Origin: Pachysolen tannophilus NRRL Y-2460
Lineage: Eukaryota
Length of the DNA: 64,000 nucleotides
Assembly (NCBI GenBank): GCA_001661245.1
Contig: KV454016.1
Location: 990,268-1,054,267 of the forward strand
Direction of reading: 5' to 3'
Made by a program: the position numbers and the translations under genes. Position 1 is the stretch's first letter. The number at the start of each line of letters is the position of its first letter. The notes under the pieces were generated by a model. It was given only the letters and a program-made list of their open reading frames with translations, made no database searches and was not told the DNA's origin. Positions 63,078 through 64,000 of this stretch are shown in pieces.

Positions 63078-64000
63078 ATGCTGCTCGACACTGTTCCGTT
63101 AGTGAATGGTACTTCATACTTGACTTTATATGCAAAGGATAGAAGTTCTTTTGATAAGGCTGTTGGTTTCTATACACATTTGATTGGATTAAAGGTTAAA
63201 GAAAAACATGACTCTAGTGTTTTATTATATGAAGATGTATCAAGGTTAACTACTTCATTAAAGATAAGTATAGATGAGAATTTATCAATTTCGGAAGAAG
63301 TTATACTTAAGAATATTGAACATTTAAAGCAAGTTGGTGAATCTCAAGATTGGAGATCAATTCAATCAACAATAGCTTTTGAAACTTCTGATATTGCTCG
63401 GATCATTTCAGATTTTAAATCAAAGGAAATTCTTTATCGTGTAATTCCAAATGAATTAGCACCTTTAGAAGTTTATGCACTGGATCCATTAGGTTCATTA
63501 GTTGTATTTACAACTTTGAAAAATGCATTTGGAGTTAATCTGGCAAATTATTCAACAATTTTAACTCAAGTTTCTAAACCAAAAATTTTAAATGATTCTT
63601 CAGTTTTAAAACTTGATATTATTTCAAAATCTCAAAAGAGAAATATTGCAGTTATGACTTCTGGTGGTGATGCCCCAGGTATGAATGCAAATGTTAGAGC
63701 AATTGTAAGATCTGCCATTTTTAGAGGTTGTAAACCTTTTGCAGTTTATGAAGGTTATTCTGGATTAGTTAAAGGTGGGGATTATATAAAAGAAATGCAT
63801 TGGGAAGATGTTAGAGGTTGGTTGGTTGAAGGTGGTACTTTAATTGGTACTGCTAGATGTAAAGAATTCACACAAAGACCTGGAAGGTTATCTGCATGTA
63901 AAAATTTAATTGATGCAGGTATTGATGCATTGATAGTTTGTGGTGGTGATGGTTCATTAACAGGTGCAGATGTCTTTAGATCAGAATGGCCAAGTTTAAT
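63078..64000 (+). CDS. PFK2: 6-phosphofructokinase beta subunit, truncated by the window end
   Basis: ATG at 63078; N-terminal extension then [49 protein letters not shown]. Confidence 0.9.
   Translation, partial: MLLDTVPLVNGTSYLTLYAKDRSSFDKAVGFYTHLIGLKVKEKHDSSVLLYEDVSRLTTSLKISIDENLSISEEVILKNIEHLKQVGESQDWRSIQSTIAFETSDIARIISDFKSKEILYRVIPNELAPLEVYALDPLGSLVVFTTLKNAFGVNLANYSTILTQVSKPKILNDSSVLKLDIISKSQKRNIAVMTSGGDAPGMNANVRAIVRSAIFRGCKPFAVYEGYSGLVKGGDYIKEMHWEDVRGWLVEGGTLIGTARCKEFTQRPGRLSACKNLIDAGIDALIVCGGDGSLTGADVFRSEWPSL

Overview
Gene-dense, very AT-rich budding-yeast (Saccharomycotina) chromosomal segment with about 34 protein-coding genes, seven spliceosomal introns in six genes, three N-gaps and no recognisable tRNA, rRNA or transposon. 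Gene order resembles Saccharomyces blocks as I recall them (YMR196W-VTI1-CIK1-CLN1-ROT1-RAD14 / ERG2-TOM40-INP1-PFK2; YAH1-VIK1-HFI1-BBP1-CLN2; ENV7-RVB2-VMA11-NSL1; ATG3-LRO1-NRM1; DAS2-FAL1; VIP1-UTP21). Two main results. (1) In-frame CTG codons fall at positions that are Ala in homologues (RVB2, UTP21, ENV7, VIP1, LRO1), so the organism very likely uses the CUG=Ala code (Pachysolen/Nakazawaea-type, NCBI table 26) and the supplied ORF track mistranslates these codons. (2) TOM40 is broken by a clean ~1.19 kb inversion (about 58662-59847): its last 37 codons lie on the minus strand upstream of the rest of the gene. Four genes (PRS1, CLN-like cyclin, NRM1, HUT1) carry -1 frame breaks in poly-A runs, most likely homopolymer sequencing errors. 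Homologue comparisons are from memory, not database searches.
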